Assembly (NCBI RefSeq): GCF_018350175.1
Contig: NC_058368.1
Location: forward strand, 174,904,001 to 174,968,000
Direction of reading: 5' to 3'
Source: Felis catus
Lineage: Eukaryota
DNA length: 64,000 bases
The notes under the pieces were generated by a model that saw only the letters and a program-made list of their open reading frames with translations, searched no databases and was not told the DNA's origin. Made by a program: the position numbers and the translations under genes. The number at the start of each line of letters is the position of its first letter. Position 1 is the first letter of the stretch. This document shows, one piece after another, positions 48,671 through 61,606 of the stretch.

Positions 48671-48947
48671 AAAAATAAATAATAAATATTTTTTTTAAAT
48701 TTTTTTTTCAACGTTTATTTATTTTTGGGACAGAGAGAGACAGAACATGAACGGGGGAGGGGCAGAGAGAGAGGGAGACACAGAATCGGAAACAGGCTCC
48801 AGGCTCTGAGCCATCAGCCCAGAGCCCGACGCGGGGCTCGAACTCCCGGACCGCGAGATCGTGACCTGGCTGAAGTCGGACGCTTAACCAACTGCGCCAC
48901 CCAGGCGCCCCAAAAATATAAATAATAAATATTAAAAAAAAATTTTT
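48464..48947 (+). mobile_element. Can-SINE whose tail hosts an inverted SINE
   Basis: outer TSD aagtgacctatta at 48451-48463 and 48948-48960. Confidence 0.94.
48691..48911 (-). mobile_element. Can-SINE, young subfamily
   Basis: TSD ataaataataaatatt at 48675-48690 and 48918-48933. Confidence 0.95.
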
Positions 48948-48983
48948 AAGTGACCTATTATGATTCTGATTATTTCCATTTTC

Positions 48984-49229
48984 TTTTTTTTAAATTTATT
49001 TTATTATTATTATTATTATTTTTTAACGTTAATTTATTTTTGAGACAGAGAGAGACAGAGCATGAATGGGGGAGGGTCAGAGAGAGAGAGGGAGACAAAG
49101 AATCCGAAACAGGCTCCAGGCTCTGAGCCGTCAGCACAGAGCCCGACGCGGGTCTTGAACTCACCAACCGCGAGATCATGACCGGAGCCGAAGTCGGACG
49201 CTTCACCGACAGAGCCACCCAGGAGCCCC
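48984..49229 (-). mobile_element. Can-SINE
   Basis: TSD tgattatttccattttc. Confidence 0.95.
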
Positions 49230-49859
49230 TGATTATTTCCATTTTCATTCCTCCCAATGCATCCTGATCCTTACGGCCCCGTACCTTTGCAGGGGCTGGT
49301 CTCAGTGCCTGGGTATCTGTTCTCTACCTCTGTGCTGTCTGCTTCATTCCCGGGGAATCCTTCGAGGCTCAGGCCACTGTGCCTCTTTCCGGAAGCTTGC
49401 CCAGGCCCCCTCTGAGGCCCACACATCAGGCTCGTCCCTGAGGCAGCGGGCCTAGCCCTCGAGCCAGGCTTCCACGTCAGCTCTGCCCCCTGGCATCTCC
49501 ACCATCTTGGGCGAGTCACTTAACATCTCTGTGCCTTGATGTTCTCATACGCAAAATGGACGCAACAGCGGCTCGCTGGGTTGGGGCTAAAATAGGAAGA
49601 TGTAAGCAAGAGCTTGGGATACCACCTCACACGTGGTAAGCACACAGTACAAGGAACTAGTATTTTTACGTAACTTATTATACTGTACAGATATTAATCT
49701 GTATACTTTTCTCCTCTCCCCAAGACTAGGAGCACCTTCACGGAGCAGGGGTTGCACCTGGATCATCTTTATTCCCGATGGCTGGCACACAGCAGGTGCA
49801 TAATAAATGTCAGCAATTTGTAAATGTAATTTGCGAACCGTCAGTAATCCCCAAATGTC

Positions 49860-50078
49860 TTTTTTTTTAATTTTTTTTAACGTTTATTTATTTTTGAGAC
49901 AGAGAGAGACAGAGCATGAACGGGGGAGGGTCAGAGAGAGGGAGACACAGAATCTGAAACAGGCTCCAGGCTCTGAGCTGTCAGCACAGAGCCCGACGCG
50001 GGGCTGGAACTCACGGACCGCGAGATCATGACCTGAGCCGAAGTCGGCCGCTTAACCACTGAGCCACCCAGGCGCCCC
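49860..50078 (-). mobile_element. Can-SINE
   Basis: full length. Confidence 0.95.
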
Positions 50079-50624
50079 TCGGATGTATTTTAGAGGTGAT
50101 TTTAGAAAGGCTGGTGACTTCTCCGAGCCTTAGTTTCTTCATTTGTAAAATAATGCTATGTATTTTAATAATTATAATTAATTCTGGTATAATATAATTA
50201 TATCAACTCCACGGAGTTCTGGGACTATGTGACAGAGGTAGCATCCTCCTGGGCTGGATAGGGCAACAATGGCAAACTCTCAAGGGGATTTTTCTGAAAA
50301 CTCCACAAAATGATTCTCAGGTTATTTGGAAGACCGGCAAAAGAAGGTTTTGTGAAAGGAGAAAAACGGAGTGAGATTTTCATCAGATGTTAACACGCAT
50401 TCAGAAGTTACGGTCACTAAGACGGTGTTGCATTTGGACAGGGATGGCACATAGGTTGTTGGAATAGAATAGACCATCTGAAACCAATTCCTGGACATAT
50501 GGAACGTGCTATGTGATAAAGAAATAGCACACAATGGCAGGTAACACTTGGATTTAGTCAATAACAGACATTGGCGAAACTGGGTATTTGAGAGAAAAAG
50601 ATCGTAACTTCAAGCCATACTTCA

Positions 50625-50781
50625 CTTTTTTTTTTTTTTTGAGAGAGAGACAGAGTAGGCAGAGAGAGGGAGAGAGAAAGAATCCCAAGCAGGCTCCGTG
50701 CTGCCAGCACATGGTGCTCGAACTCACGAACCTTGAGATCAGGACCTGAGCGGAAACCAAGAGTCGGAGGCTTAACCAACT
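50625..50781 (-). mobile_element. Can-SINE (older)
   Basis: TSD ccatacttca. Confidence 0.9.
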
Positions 50782-51021
50782 GAGCCACCCAGGCATCCCC
50801 CACACCATACTTCAAAATAAATTCCAGGTGGATTACAGAGTTAAAGGTAACAAACAACATGCATACAAGTGAAAAAAGAAAAGAAAAAGCTAGAAGGGAA
50901 ACAGTATGTTTGTTTTTTATATTTCCCTATAACCCATCTGGGATTATTCTCTCCTCAGAATAGGAAGTGATTTTCTTAAGACCATGACAGTGGAAGAATC
51001 AAGCCGTAAAAACATGACCTA

Positions 51022-51260
51022 GGGGCGCCTGGGTGGCGCAGTCGGTTAAGCGTCCGACTTCAGCCAGGTCACGATCTCGCGGTCCGTGAGTTCGAGCCCC
51101 GTGTCGGGCTCTGGGCTGATGGCTCAGAGCCTGGAGCCTGTTTCCGATTCTGTGTCTCCCTCTCTCTCTGCCCCTCCCCGTTCATGCTCTGGCTCTCTCT
51201 GTCCCAAAAATAAATAAACGTTGAAAAAAAAAAATTTAAAAAAAAAAACAAAAAACAAAA
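51022..51260 (+). mobile_element. Can-SINE, young subfamily
   Basis: TSD aaaac(a/g)tgaccta. Confidence 0.96.
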
Positions 51261-51658
51261 AAACGTGACCTAAAGTGATTGTGTACAATTCAAAACTATG
51301 TTTTTACTTTGAACTTCCTAAAAGTTCAAAAAAGGCAAATGAGGAACAAGAAAATAAGGGACTAAACCCCTTCCGTGTCTAAGGTTATTTCAAGTCGATG
51401 AGAAAACAATATATACATACAAATAGCAAATATGGGAAAACAGTTCAACCTGCCTCGTCATCGGTCATCGTCAGTCAGGTTGCTCTCCCGGCTCAAACCA
51501 GAGCCAGGAAGGGCCTGATGGCTGCCGCCATTTTCTCTTTGCCAGTGGCGTCCAAAAGAGGGTGGGTCTTGTTTTCTCTTTTGAGCGGCAGCAAACACAC
51601 ATACAACATCTGTAGGCTGTCAGGGACCTACGGGGGCAAGGGTGAGGTCTTTTAAAAA

Positions 51659-51844
51659 TATTTTTTATTTATTTTTGAGAGACAGAGAGAGCAAGTGCGA
51701 GCAAGGGGCAGAGACGGAGAGCGAGAGAATCCAAGCAGCCTCTGCACTGTCAGCACAGAGCTGGACGTGAGGCTTGAACCCCAGAAACGTGAGATCATGA
51801 CCTGAGCGGAAATCCAGAGGCAGATGCTTCACCGACCGAGCCAC
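51659..51844 (-). mobile_element. Can-SINE, 5'-truncated
   Basis: stops at gagccac and abuts a MIR. Confidence 0.88.
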
Positions 51845-52030
51845 TTTTGAACCTAGTGGATTTGGGTCGAATCCCAACTTGTTGGCTGGTGTAACCTTGG
51901 GCAAGCCCTGGGACCTCTCGGAGTTGGTGTTTCGCCATCTGCAAGCAGGGATCCTAGCCACCACTGCCCAGGGATGCTGTAAGAATTAAATAAGAAGACA
52001 GGTGAACGCACCGAGCATAGGGCTCACATA
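51845..52030 (+). mobile_element. MIR
   Basis: ttgggtcgaatccc...gtaaccttgggcaag...gctgtaagaattaaataag. Confidence 0.72.
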
Positions 52031-54719
52031 GTATCCACGGGGGCTTTCTTTGGAATATCCAGAGGAAGGAGAGAGCCAAGAGAGAAGGTACGGGTGACAG
52101 GTTGTGGGAGGTGTCATTCCAGCACAGGTGACTTTCCTCTTTCCTGCCTAAGACCTTATTGCTAGGGCCACATGGAGGGGGCGCTCAACCGACAGGCATT
52201 GGCCGAATGAGTGAACCAATCAATGGAGATGTGGGGAAACGCCTCCATGTGCAAAGCAAAGATTGGACTGAGGCTGCGGCCGTTCCAGGAAGAAAAATCA
52301 GGGAGACAAAAGCCTCGTACACCACAGGTACTGTTTTAAAAGTTTGACACTAAAACAGAACTCTCTATGCACTAGGTCGTAGGGAGCTGGGTCTGGGCAC
52401 ACGTTCAGCCCAGACCCCAGCTTTCCTGGAGGGCGGATGTCCGGCTACCTATTCTCTTTGTGCCCTCGGATCTGGCCCATGCCTACAGGATGCTTGAGTT
52501 AATTCAGGATGCCCGAACAGACATTCCCTAGGCAGCGTTTGGGACTCTGGGCAGATGCCTTTGCAAGGTGCAGGATTCAAGGTCAGAGGGGCTGGTTGAG
52601 ATGATGGGTGCTAGGAAACTTCAGAAATGCTCGTTCTAGCTATTCAGCGCCGTTAGTCAGCCGGTCAGGATTCCCCCGCTTCCGGCAGAGAACAAACACA
52701 ACCAGGAGGGATCCTGGTTGTGCCGAGAGAAGGCGGAGCGGCCCTGCCACTTGGATGCACCTCTTCTCCCTGGAGGAGACCCGCCCGGCTTCTCGGCCCT
52801 CTCCTACCTGTGCAGCCCCAAGTACAGCACCGCCCTCCCGCGAGCCAAAGTTGGGCCATCTTGCAGAGAACCTTTCAAACCACCGATCCCTGATACGCTC
52901 GGACGTGGTAGACCAAATCAAAACCCCTCAGAGGAAGGAAACGGAGGAGGAGAGGGCTGGCATCGAATAAGCGCCAACTGTGTGCCAGAACTTGCAAATT
53001 CTCTGGTCGTCCCCGCTATCCTTCGAGCACTTACCGTCCCAAGCTTTGGGGCTGGCTGCCCTTGGGGAAGTCAGAGCTAGGAGTAGGTCCCTCTCCCCGG
53101 AGAAAGCAATGCAGGAGTCAAATATCTGGGCCGGTTCCCTCTAGGCTAGAGTCAGCCCTCAGCCTGGCCCCCAGACCCCCAGGGACCCACCTTCTGCTGG
53201 TCCCCACCCATTCCCCTCACATCCGCTGTGCATGTCCGCCTGTTGTTGAAAGGACTCCTGAACCGTCCCGGTCTTCTGGGCGCGCGGTGTCCAGCCGAGC
53301 CCCCCCCCGCTCACAAGCCCTGCTCGCCACCGTGGGGGAAGTCTTCCTCTGCTCAGCTTCCTCTACCCGCGACCTCGCTAAGACTGTCATCCCAACACTG
53401 ACGGTAGCACAGTTTCCAGAAAGGGAAGATGGGTTGTTTTTATTTTTTCCCTTTATGATAGTTAAAATACGGCTTATCCTCTCGTGGGAAGAAAAGATAA
53501 CATCGCAAACTTCTCACCAGACTCCTTGCCCCCCAGGAACGAGCCTCAGGCTCCAGCAAGCAGAGCCCAGTGTAGCCACGTTTGGGGATCGTCTTCTGTC
53601 CCTGACCCCCTGCTCCCTGGGGGCTGGGCCATGGGGGTGCACCTTGTATCTCAGACTCCCCTGTGGTCTGCGTAGGGACTGAACCCCAGAGCTATGGCCG
53701 ATGCACGCACGTGCAATGAACCCCGAAATGGAATGAATGAATGACCACGTACGACCCCCATGGAATGTCTGGCTTGAGGGCCCACGCCATGACTCCTGGC
53801 CCAGTACAAGTCATCACTACGGCCCTGCCTGGCCTCTGAGGGATCGCCTCCTCTCTACAGGTGCATTCTGTTAGGCTGGCGATCTCCCCATGTTCCCAAG
53901 GTACCTCTGAACTGATTTTCTAGTAAGGTAATGGCTGACTGGTCCAATCAAACTAGACCCCCCCCCCCCCCGCCACCGCCCCCGTCACTGAGAGTTTGTT
54001 CTTTCTCTCTTTGCTTTATATTTAATTTTATTATTTTTCATGACAGGTCACACTATAAACCAAGATGAAAAGCATATAAAATGGAAACATGACGTACACA
54101 GCACCATGGGACTACCATAAAGACCTGTCGTACTTGAAGAAGAAAAAGGTTTTAGAGTCGGTAAAGAATTTATTCTGAGCCTAGCATTAGCTCTCCCTTG
54201 CTAGCAACTCATGGTCTAAAGGAGAGAGGGGCCAGGGAGCAATGGGTGGTTTCTGAGTACGTACTGTGTGCGATGTTTCCTGCCCGTCTCGTTATGTGGC
54301 AACGACAAAGGCCCAGGCGCAGGCAACCGGGATGATCCGGGCTCAGATTCCGCCCCTGCCACAGCCCAGCCTTGGGCTATGACCTTATCCCTTGAACCCT
54401 TGGGTCCATTTCCATGAGATGAGGAAGACCCCTCTGGCCTTGTTCAGCTGCTCCTGGGAGGATTGATTGAAACGAAGTCTGCAACGGGCGAGGACACACA
54501 TATTCCAAGTGAAATAAATAGTAATCACTCATGATCATGGCATTATTAATCCTTGTATGATTCAGCCAGAAAAAACTATTTTGCCAACGTGGATTGGAAC
54601 AAATGAACAATTTGGTTGAAAGGATCTGGTGGGAAGCTGAGAGGCGAACAGAACGACACGGCCAAAACCAGAGTTTGGTCGTAAATGAACATCTCCAATA
54701 GTTTGCATTTATTTATTTG

Positions 54720-54939
54720 TTTTTTTTTTTTTTTTTCAACGTTTATTTATTTTTGGGACAGAGAGAGACAGAGCATGAACGGGGGAGGGGCAGAGAGAGA
54801 AGGAGACACAGAATCGGAAACAGGCTCCAGGCTCTGAGCCATCAACCTAGAGCCCGACGCGGGGCTCGAACTCACGGACCGCGAGATCGTGACCTGGCTG
54901 AAGTCGGACGCTTAACCGACTGCGCCACCCAGGCGCCCC
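54720..54939 (-). mobile_element. Can-SINE, young subfamily
   Basis: TSD tatttatttgtttttt. Confidence 0.95.
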
Positions 54940-54973
54940 TATTTATTTGTTTTTTTAAAGAAATTCAGAATGC

Positions 54974-55168
54974 TTTTGTTTGTTTGATTTTAGTGTTTAT
55001 TTTTGAGAGAGAGAGAGAGAGAGGGAGCAGGGGAGGGGAACAGAGGATTTGAAGCGCGCTCTGCACTGGCAGCAGTGAGCCCGGTGTGGGGCTCGAACTC
55101 ACAGACCGCAAGATCCTGACCTGAGCCAAAGTCGGACGCTCAACCCACTGAGCCACCCAGGCGCCCCC
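54974..55168 (-). mobile_element. Can-SINE (older)
   Basis: head and (GA)n body. Confidence 0.9.
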
Positions 55169-55635
55169 CCAGTTGTTAGCATTTACAACATCAGTTACAA
55201 ATTTGTCTTCCCCTATGCAAAGCATTTCTGCATTTCTTCCCCCATAGGATTTTCTATTTTATTCGTTCTGTTTCCACTTTATCTTCAGTAATTTATTCTT
55301 GCCCTTCATTGTAATAGGGAAACGTTGGGGCACAATCAATACTCACTAATAAGAGAACAAACTAAAGGGTCAAGAAAAGGGGAAATCGTTGAGACGAATT
55401 CTTCTACTAACGTGATTTAAGTGAACTGTGGGATGTTACAAAACAGTACGTGTGGCAAGAGCTTGTTTTTGTAGAAAAAGATTGTATCTGCACAAAAGGG
55501 CGTGGTCACCTCTATCAAGGGGTGGGGAGTAGGTGGGGAAGGAAGGGAGACTATGGGGGTTCTTTATGCTTTTAGTTTGCTTCTTTCTCCCTGTATTTTA
55601 CTATTCCTGAGATGAGAATGCATTACATTCATACC

Positions 55636-55638
55636 ATA

Positions 55639-55678
<40 letters not shown>

Positions 55679-55679
55679 T
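55636..55679. repeat. (AT)n followed by poly-T
   Basis: seen directly. Confidence 0.9.
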
Positions 55680-55844
55680 AACTTAAAACAATTTTATTTG
55701 CTTGAAGCCAATTCTGCCCTTTCTGGCCCTGTGATATATTTCAGTGCCGGTGCACGCTGAGGTCAGTGTTCCTCTTCCATCTTTGCAGCGGGGATAATAG
55801 TATCTACCTTGAAGGGTGATTAGAAGGGTGATCAGATTAAGTTA

Positions 55845-56062
55845 GGGGCGCCTGGGTGGCTCAGTCGGTTGAGCATCCGACGTCGGCTCAGGTCACGATC
55901 TCGCGGTCCGTGAGTTCGAGCCCCGCGACGGGCTCTGGGCTGACAGCTCGGAGCCTGGAGCCTGCTTCGGATTCTGTGTCTCCCTCTCTCTCTGACCCTC
56001 CCCCCGTTCATGCTGTCTCTCCCTGTCTCAAAAATAAATAAATATTTAAAAAAAAAAAAAAA
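55845..56062 (+). mobile_element. Can-SINE inserted in a MIR
   Basis: TSD gattaagttag. Confidence 0.95.
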
Positions 56063-56269
56063 GAAGGATTAAGTTAGATGTTTTATGTAAAATGTCGTGC
56101 AGAGTCCTAGGCACATAGTAGGTCCTCAACAGGCAACGATCAATGGCATCTTTCGTATGGACATTTGACGTGTCCCAACAGGTCTTTGTTTCTCGCATGT
56201 AGTTCGTTTCTTTTTCTGTAGATCGTTGCGATGAATTCCTCTGGGTAGATGTAGAGAGTGTTCTCCCAC

Positions 56270-57160
56270 TACCCTTGCTTGCATGACTGTGATGCCCTCC
56301 TAACTGGGTGTCACAGTCCTAATCCTCCGCTCTTGGCCACTCCCCACTCTAGGCTATTTTGTGCTCGGCAGCCAGAGCTGCGCCTTTAAAAATTTGAACG
56401 GATCACATTGGTTCTCAGACCTCCAAAGATTTCCCATTATATATAGATTGAAACTGAGGGGCGCCTGGGTGGCGCAGTCGGCTAAGCGTCCAACTTCAGC
56501 CAGGTCACGATCTCGCGGTCCGTGAGTTCAAGCCCCGCGTCAGGCTCTGGGCTGATGGCTCGGAGCCTGGAGCCTGTTTCCGATTCTGTGTCTCCCTCTC
56601 TCTCTGCCCCTCCCCCGTTCATGTTCTGTCTCTCTCTGTCCCAAAAATAAATAAACGTTGAAAAAAAAATTAAAAAAAAAAAAGAAACTGAGGCCTGACT
56701 GTGGTCTGCAAGCCCATTAGGCCCCGATTGCTCCTTCAGACTCATTTCCTACCTTACTCTCTGGGGGCCAGCCGCTCTGGTCTCCTTGCTATTGTCAAAC
56801 ACACCAAGGCTGTTCTGCCCCAGGGCCTTTGAACGTCTCACCTCCTTTGCTGAGTGCTCTTGCCTTGGATGCACACGTGGCTCCCTCTCAGTGCACTGAT
56901 GTCTCTGCTAACTGTCACTCCTTTAGCGAGGCCTTTCCGGATCCCTTTCCCTCTCTTTGTTCATGGCATTTACACGCAATATTTAATATTTACACATTTG
57001 TTTATTTGAGGCTTCCCTTTCCCACTGAGATGTGTGCTGCCTAATGGAGTGGACTTCATCAGCCTTGCTGACACTCGAAGGGACACCCAGACCTTCGAGG
57101 AATACCCGACTGCCATTGGACTGCCATTAAGCATTTGTTGAATGGATGACTTAAATAAAT
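56270..57160 (+). mobile_element. L2 3' portion, split by a SINE
   Basis: ctcctaactggg...gcagccagag...ccccagggcctttgaac...catttgttgaatggatga. Confidence 0.78.
56458..56682 (+). mobile_element. Can-SINE, young subfamily
   Basis: TSD gaaactgagg. Confidence 0.96.
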
Positions 57161-59817
57161 GAGCTAAGTGTGACCTTAATATTTGTCACAAATAGCGTAA
57201 GTGCAAACGATCGCCTGAGAATGGATTAGAAATAAACATACCCTTCCCTCACAAAAGAGAAAACAAACCCTCTAGCGCAGTTGAAATTCTTGTGGAATCT
57301 CAACCAGGTGCCAAACCACCCAATTTTGCACCAGAATGAATACTTGGCAGATGGCAAATGAGAATATTCATGTACCAACCAATCAACATTCTGCCCAGTG
57401 ATCAGATTGAACCAACCTGCTAACGGCCATTTTTTTTTTTTTTTGCAACCGAGTCCCCGGGGATCAGTGTGGTGGGCATGGTGGAGAGATAGGACACAGT
57501 CAGGGTCCCTGGGACAGCCTAACTCCGCTCGTCCCCCACTAGAGGGGCAGACCCTCGTTCTCCAGTTCTGGGCGTGTCAGGCTGTGTTTCTCTAGGAAAA
57601 TCCCCCTCTCCACCCCACCTCCAACTTGGAAGCGTGTGTGCAAGGGTGTGTGTGCGCGCGTGTGCCACAGAGACAGACACAGAAACAGAGAGACAAAGAG
57701 AGATGGAGAGAGGGGGAGATGATCTGTGTGTGTATGCATGAGAGTCACGTGTATTTCTGTCTGGCTCTCTGCATCTAATGGCCGTTTGTCACCTAAGTAC
57801 CTCTGTGTGTGGTTGTGTCTGTGAGTTTGCGTCTGTCTGTCTGCTTGCTTGGGCGTCCCCTTTGCTCGGCTCTGCCTCTCGCATTCTGTGTACCGTGTAC
57901 GATTCTCTCCCTGTATGCAAGACGCGCAGATGTGAGTGCAGCCTTCTCCTCTGCACGCTGGGACCCTTCAGGGAGCTTCTACTGGTTTCGAATGAGGCTG
58001 GGAAGAAGGACAAGGCCTCAGCCCTGAGGAAGAAAGCTGGGGCCTGAGTCCCAGCCACCGAAACCAGATGAGATGAAATATCTAAACCCTTAGCCAGGTC
58101 TAACCGGAGCCCTGCAGGTAGGGATCTAGGCTTCTGAGCACAGCCTCTAAGGCCTCTCAGTTGACCCCTGGGGATCTCTCACTGCCCTCCCTGTGCTTTC
58201 CACATTTCCCAGACACCCTTGCTCTTCCTGCCTCAGACCTTTGCTCTGCCATTCTTTCTTCCTTCAGGACTTTACTGGGACATCTCCAGGAAGCCTCCCT
58301 TGACCATCAGCTAGCTTCCCTCTCCTCCGTCCCCGTGCGGCCTCCACTGAGCACTCCCATATGGCCTCACTCTCCCCTCCCACAGGCCTAGAAGCGTTCA
58401 GAGCACAGGGACCTGGCTTATGGCGTGTTTTGCACCCAGCACAACCCCATGGCTCATACAGGACCTCAGTTCATGCTTCGGGCTATTGTACGTATCACTT
58501 AAACACAATACGCGTTTCTCTCTCTCTGTCTCTCTCTCTCAACCACGCCTCAGAAAAGAGGGAGTCGTCTTTCCTATTGAGCTCTTACAAAGTATCTCAT
58601 TTGATGGGAAACTCTCTCCATTGCTTTATTTTCAACCACAAAAGAAACGTTTGGGGAATGTACATTAGCCTAAAATCACCTCAAACAAAATAGGTTTAGA
58701 ATTCTTAAAGAGATAATCTGACAGAATCTGTAAGGAAAGGAGTCAGAGACATTTTACACAGATTTAGCAATTCTTCCTCGGGGTATGACCTCAAATTACA
58801 AGTGCTGGATGTCATGGCAAATAAGCCTTTTAAAGCTCGGCCTGAAAAAGCAATGCTGAGTGGTTCTTTTGTGCAGTGCACGAACTTACACACACCCAGA
58901 GAAAGAATAGAAATCCCGACCGGGCTCGGGTCACACGGACGGGAGGCAGGCTCTTGGTCCCAGTGCCGCCCGGCGTCGGAGGCAGAACCAGAGAGCGCCG
59001 ATCTCGGGGCGGTGACACTGAGGTGAAGAGAAAGATCTGGAAAATCGGGCGGGATGACGCATAAGGTGCCTGGGGTGGGGGGGGGGGGGGCGCAGACACT
59101 CTCGGAAGAGCGCAGCCAGGGTCGGAGCCAGGCCGTTTCGTGTCACGTGGATGTGGAGAAAAGGGAGGTTTCTGAACGAATAGTTTTCATTCTGAAGAAC
59201 AGTCACGACACGGGCCACTCTTATTTTGAGATGTGACAGGGATCATGGCGGCTGCCATCTATTGGACACGCACCACGAAGCGAACAGGGTGCCGGGCACA
59301 TTTGCCTCGATGATTGTATTTTCCCTCTCCTCGTACTTGGGAAGTGGGTATTGTCATTTTTTTTTTTTTTTTCACTTTGAAGATGAGGAGGCAGGGGTTT
59401 GAGAACTGGCCCCAAGTCCCGCGAGGAGGGCTCCCGGCCAGGGTTCAACCCCAGGCCCGACCTCTTCACCAGGGCCTTGTCGCAGCTCTTATAAACATTT
59501 CCTACCGTTTGCACGAAACGATCGTATCGGGATGGCAGGAGAGTGTTCTAGCAAGGAGTTGTAACTTAATTCCTCTGGTCACTCCCTGCTTGCGGGGGGA
59601 CTCCGTGAGTCTTCGGACTTACTTCATTAATGGAGAGATGAGATCTCAAAGCCGAACGCACGGAGAGGCCAAGAATATAATGCAGAGGATAAGCATTACC
59701 CTCCTGGGGTGAGCACTAGGGACAGGTGGGGGCTGTGGAAAAACAGAGAGCCCGTGCTTCTCTGAAGGGGATGGAACTATTACCCCAGCTTGTTGTTGCC
59801 ATTAAAAACATGGTCCT

Positions 59818-60048
59818 GGGGCGCCTGGGTGGCTCAGTCAGCTGAGCGTCCCACTTCGGCTCAGGTCACGATCTCACAGTTTGTGAGTTCGAGCCCCGCG
59901 TCGGGCTCTGGGCTGACCGCTCAGAGCCTGGAGCCTGCTTCGGATTCTGTGTGTGTCTCTCTCTCTGCTCCTCCCCCGCTCACGCTCTGTCTCTCTCAAA
60001 AATGAAAAAATGTTAAAAAAAAAATAACAAGCAAGCAAACAAACAAAC
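59818..60048 (+). mobile_element. Can-SINE with (AAGC/AAAC)n tail
   Basis: TSD aaacatggtcctg. Confidence 0.95.
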
Positions 60049-60549
60049 AAACATGGTCCTGCCATCACCAGCTCTTTAAATATTTTCAGAAGCCGCAGAG
60101 CCCGATGTTGGGGAGAAGTCTGATCTTGAAGAGTTGATCACTGGCTCAAATTACTTTTTCAGAACCTATGTAATAAAACACATCTGGGTGCTGGAGTTTC
60201 AACCTCCGTCTGTGAACACCACCGCGGCCTGGGGCGGCCGTGGCAGTGCTGACTTTGGCATCCTGAAATGCGATTCACATCCCATTTCTACCCCTTACCA
60301 CCTGGGAGCCTCCCGGAGCCTCAGTTTTCCCGTCTGTAAGCTGGGACGCACCACCAATGTTCACCTCATGGGTTCGTGGAGAGCCACACGAAGACATTTG
60401 AGGGTCTCACTGACATTGCAAACCTAACATAGCCCACGCTGAACTCCTGTTTCCCAGCCCCTGCCGCCTTTATTGTTCTCCGTGTTTCTCGTATCAGAGC
60501 TTCGTTACCTTCCTACTGCCCCTGCGGACAGAAGCGTGCTCCTTCGAGT

Positions 60550-60910
60550 CCTGTTGTGACAAAAAAGGCTCTGCTTCCAGAACTTCCCATCGGGGGCTGC
60601 CCTCTTGTCATTCAGGTCTCAGCTCCTGTGTCGTCTCCCCAGAGACACCCTCCCTGTCCACCCTATCTAGTGCTTGGCATCTGCCTCCACATCAGGTCAC
60701 CGTGACGCTGCCTCGAGGTTTCCTTCTCATTAACCTCATCACGGTCTCGTGTTTTTACTTCATTCAGGGCTTATGGGTCATCTCTGCAGGTAGAACAAGG
60801 ACCCCACGTGTCTTGGTTCACTGTTACGCTGTCAGTACCCGGAACAAGGCCTGGCACGTAGTAGGCACTTAGGGGATGTCTGCCGAATGAACGAATCCAT
60901 GAGTGAATGG
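60550..60910 (+). mobile_element. L2 3' end
   Basis: tcattcaggtctcagctc...cctggcacgtagtaggcact...gaatgaacgaat. Confidence 0.75.
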
Positions 60911-61387
60911 CAATGAGGTTTACAATACGATGCGATGGTTACTAGAAGCTGGTGTTTCCCGAGAGCAGAACAGAGGGAGGCTGGCGTCTGGACTACTTAG
61001 AGAGAAGCCGGAGTCTGTTTGGAATCTTGCTACGAATCAGCACCGGGTCCTGCTCGTTCTTTGGTCTTTTCCCCAGTAAAATGTTACTGCTTGAGAAGCT
61101 ATTAGGGAGGTAGAGATAATGCTTTCTGGAGCACAGATAGAATCAGAAATATAGAGCTAGTCTCTCAGCCAGCTGACCAGCTCACAGATCAGGCAAGCCA
61201 GTCGGAGAAAGGTGGGGAGGCTAATCTAGCTTTTGACCCAATGCACAGGGGCACAGGGTCTGCTGCCTGGAGTGTCTGATGGGACTTAAGCGTTGTTTAT
61301 TTTAACAATTAGTCTCTCCCCATGGCAGGTAGATTTCCATCTCCATCAGTGATTAAAACAAAATTCCTTTTCGAATAGATGTCCTTT

Positions 61388-61606
61388 GGGGCGCCTGGGT
61401 GGCTCGGTCGGTTGAGCGTCCGGCTCCGGCTCCGGTCATGATCTCGCGGTCCGTGGGTTCGAGCCCCGCGTTGGGCTCTGGGCTGACGGCTCGGAGCCTG
61501 GAGCCTGCTTCCGAGTCTGGGTCTGTCTCTCTGTGTCCCTCCCCTGCTCACGCTCTGTCTCTCTGTCTCTGTCTCTCAAAAAGTAAATAAACATTAAAAA
61601 AAAAAT
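61388..61606 (+). mobile_element. Can-SINE
   Basis: TSD tagatgtccttt. Confidence 0.95.

Larger units (their letters stand above)
50330..51460 (+). mobile_element. ancient L1M ORF2-region fragment with SINE insertions
   Basis: ggaatagaatagaccatctgaaac...caaaataaattccaggtggattacagagttaaa. Confidence 0.7.

Noticed and set aside
53062..53682. Longest ORF (206 aa)
   Set aside because: Non-ATG start, Pro/Ser/Arg composition typical of random GC-rich DNA, no domain, no splice context.
13..61590. Many ORFs with recurring peptides (MGQRETEHERGRGRERGRHR..., MAQSVKRPTSAQV...)
   Set aside because: These are translations of Can-SINE copies, not a gene family.
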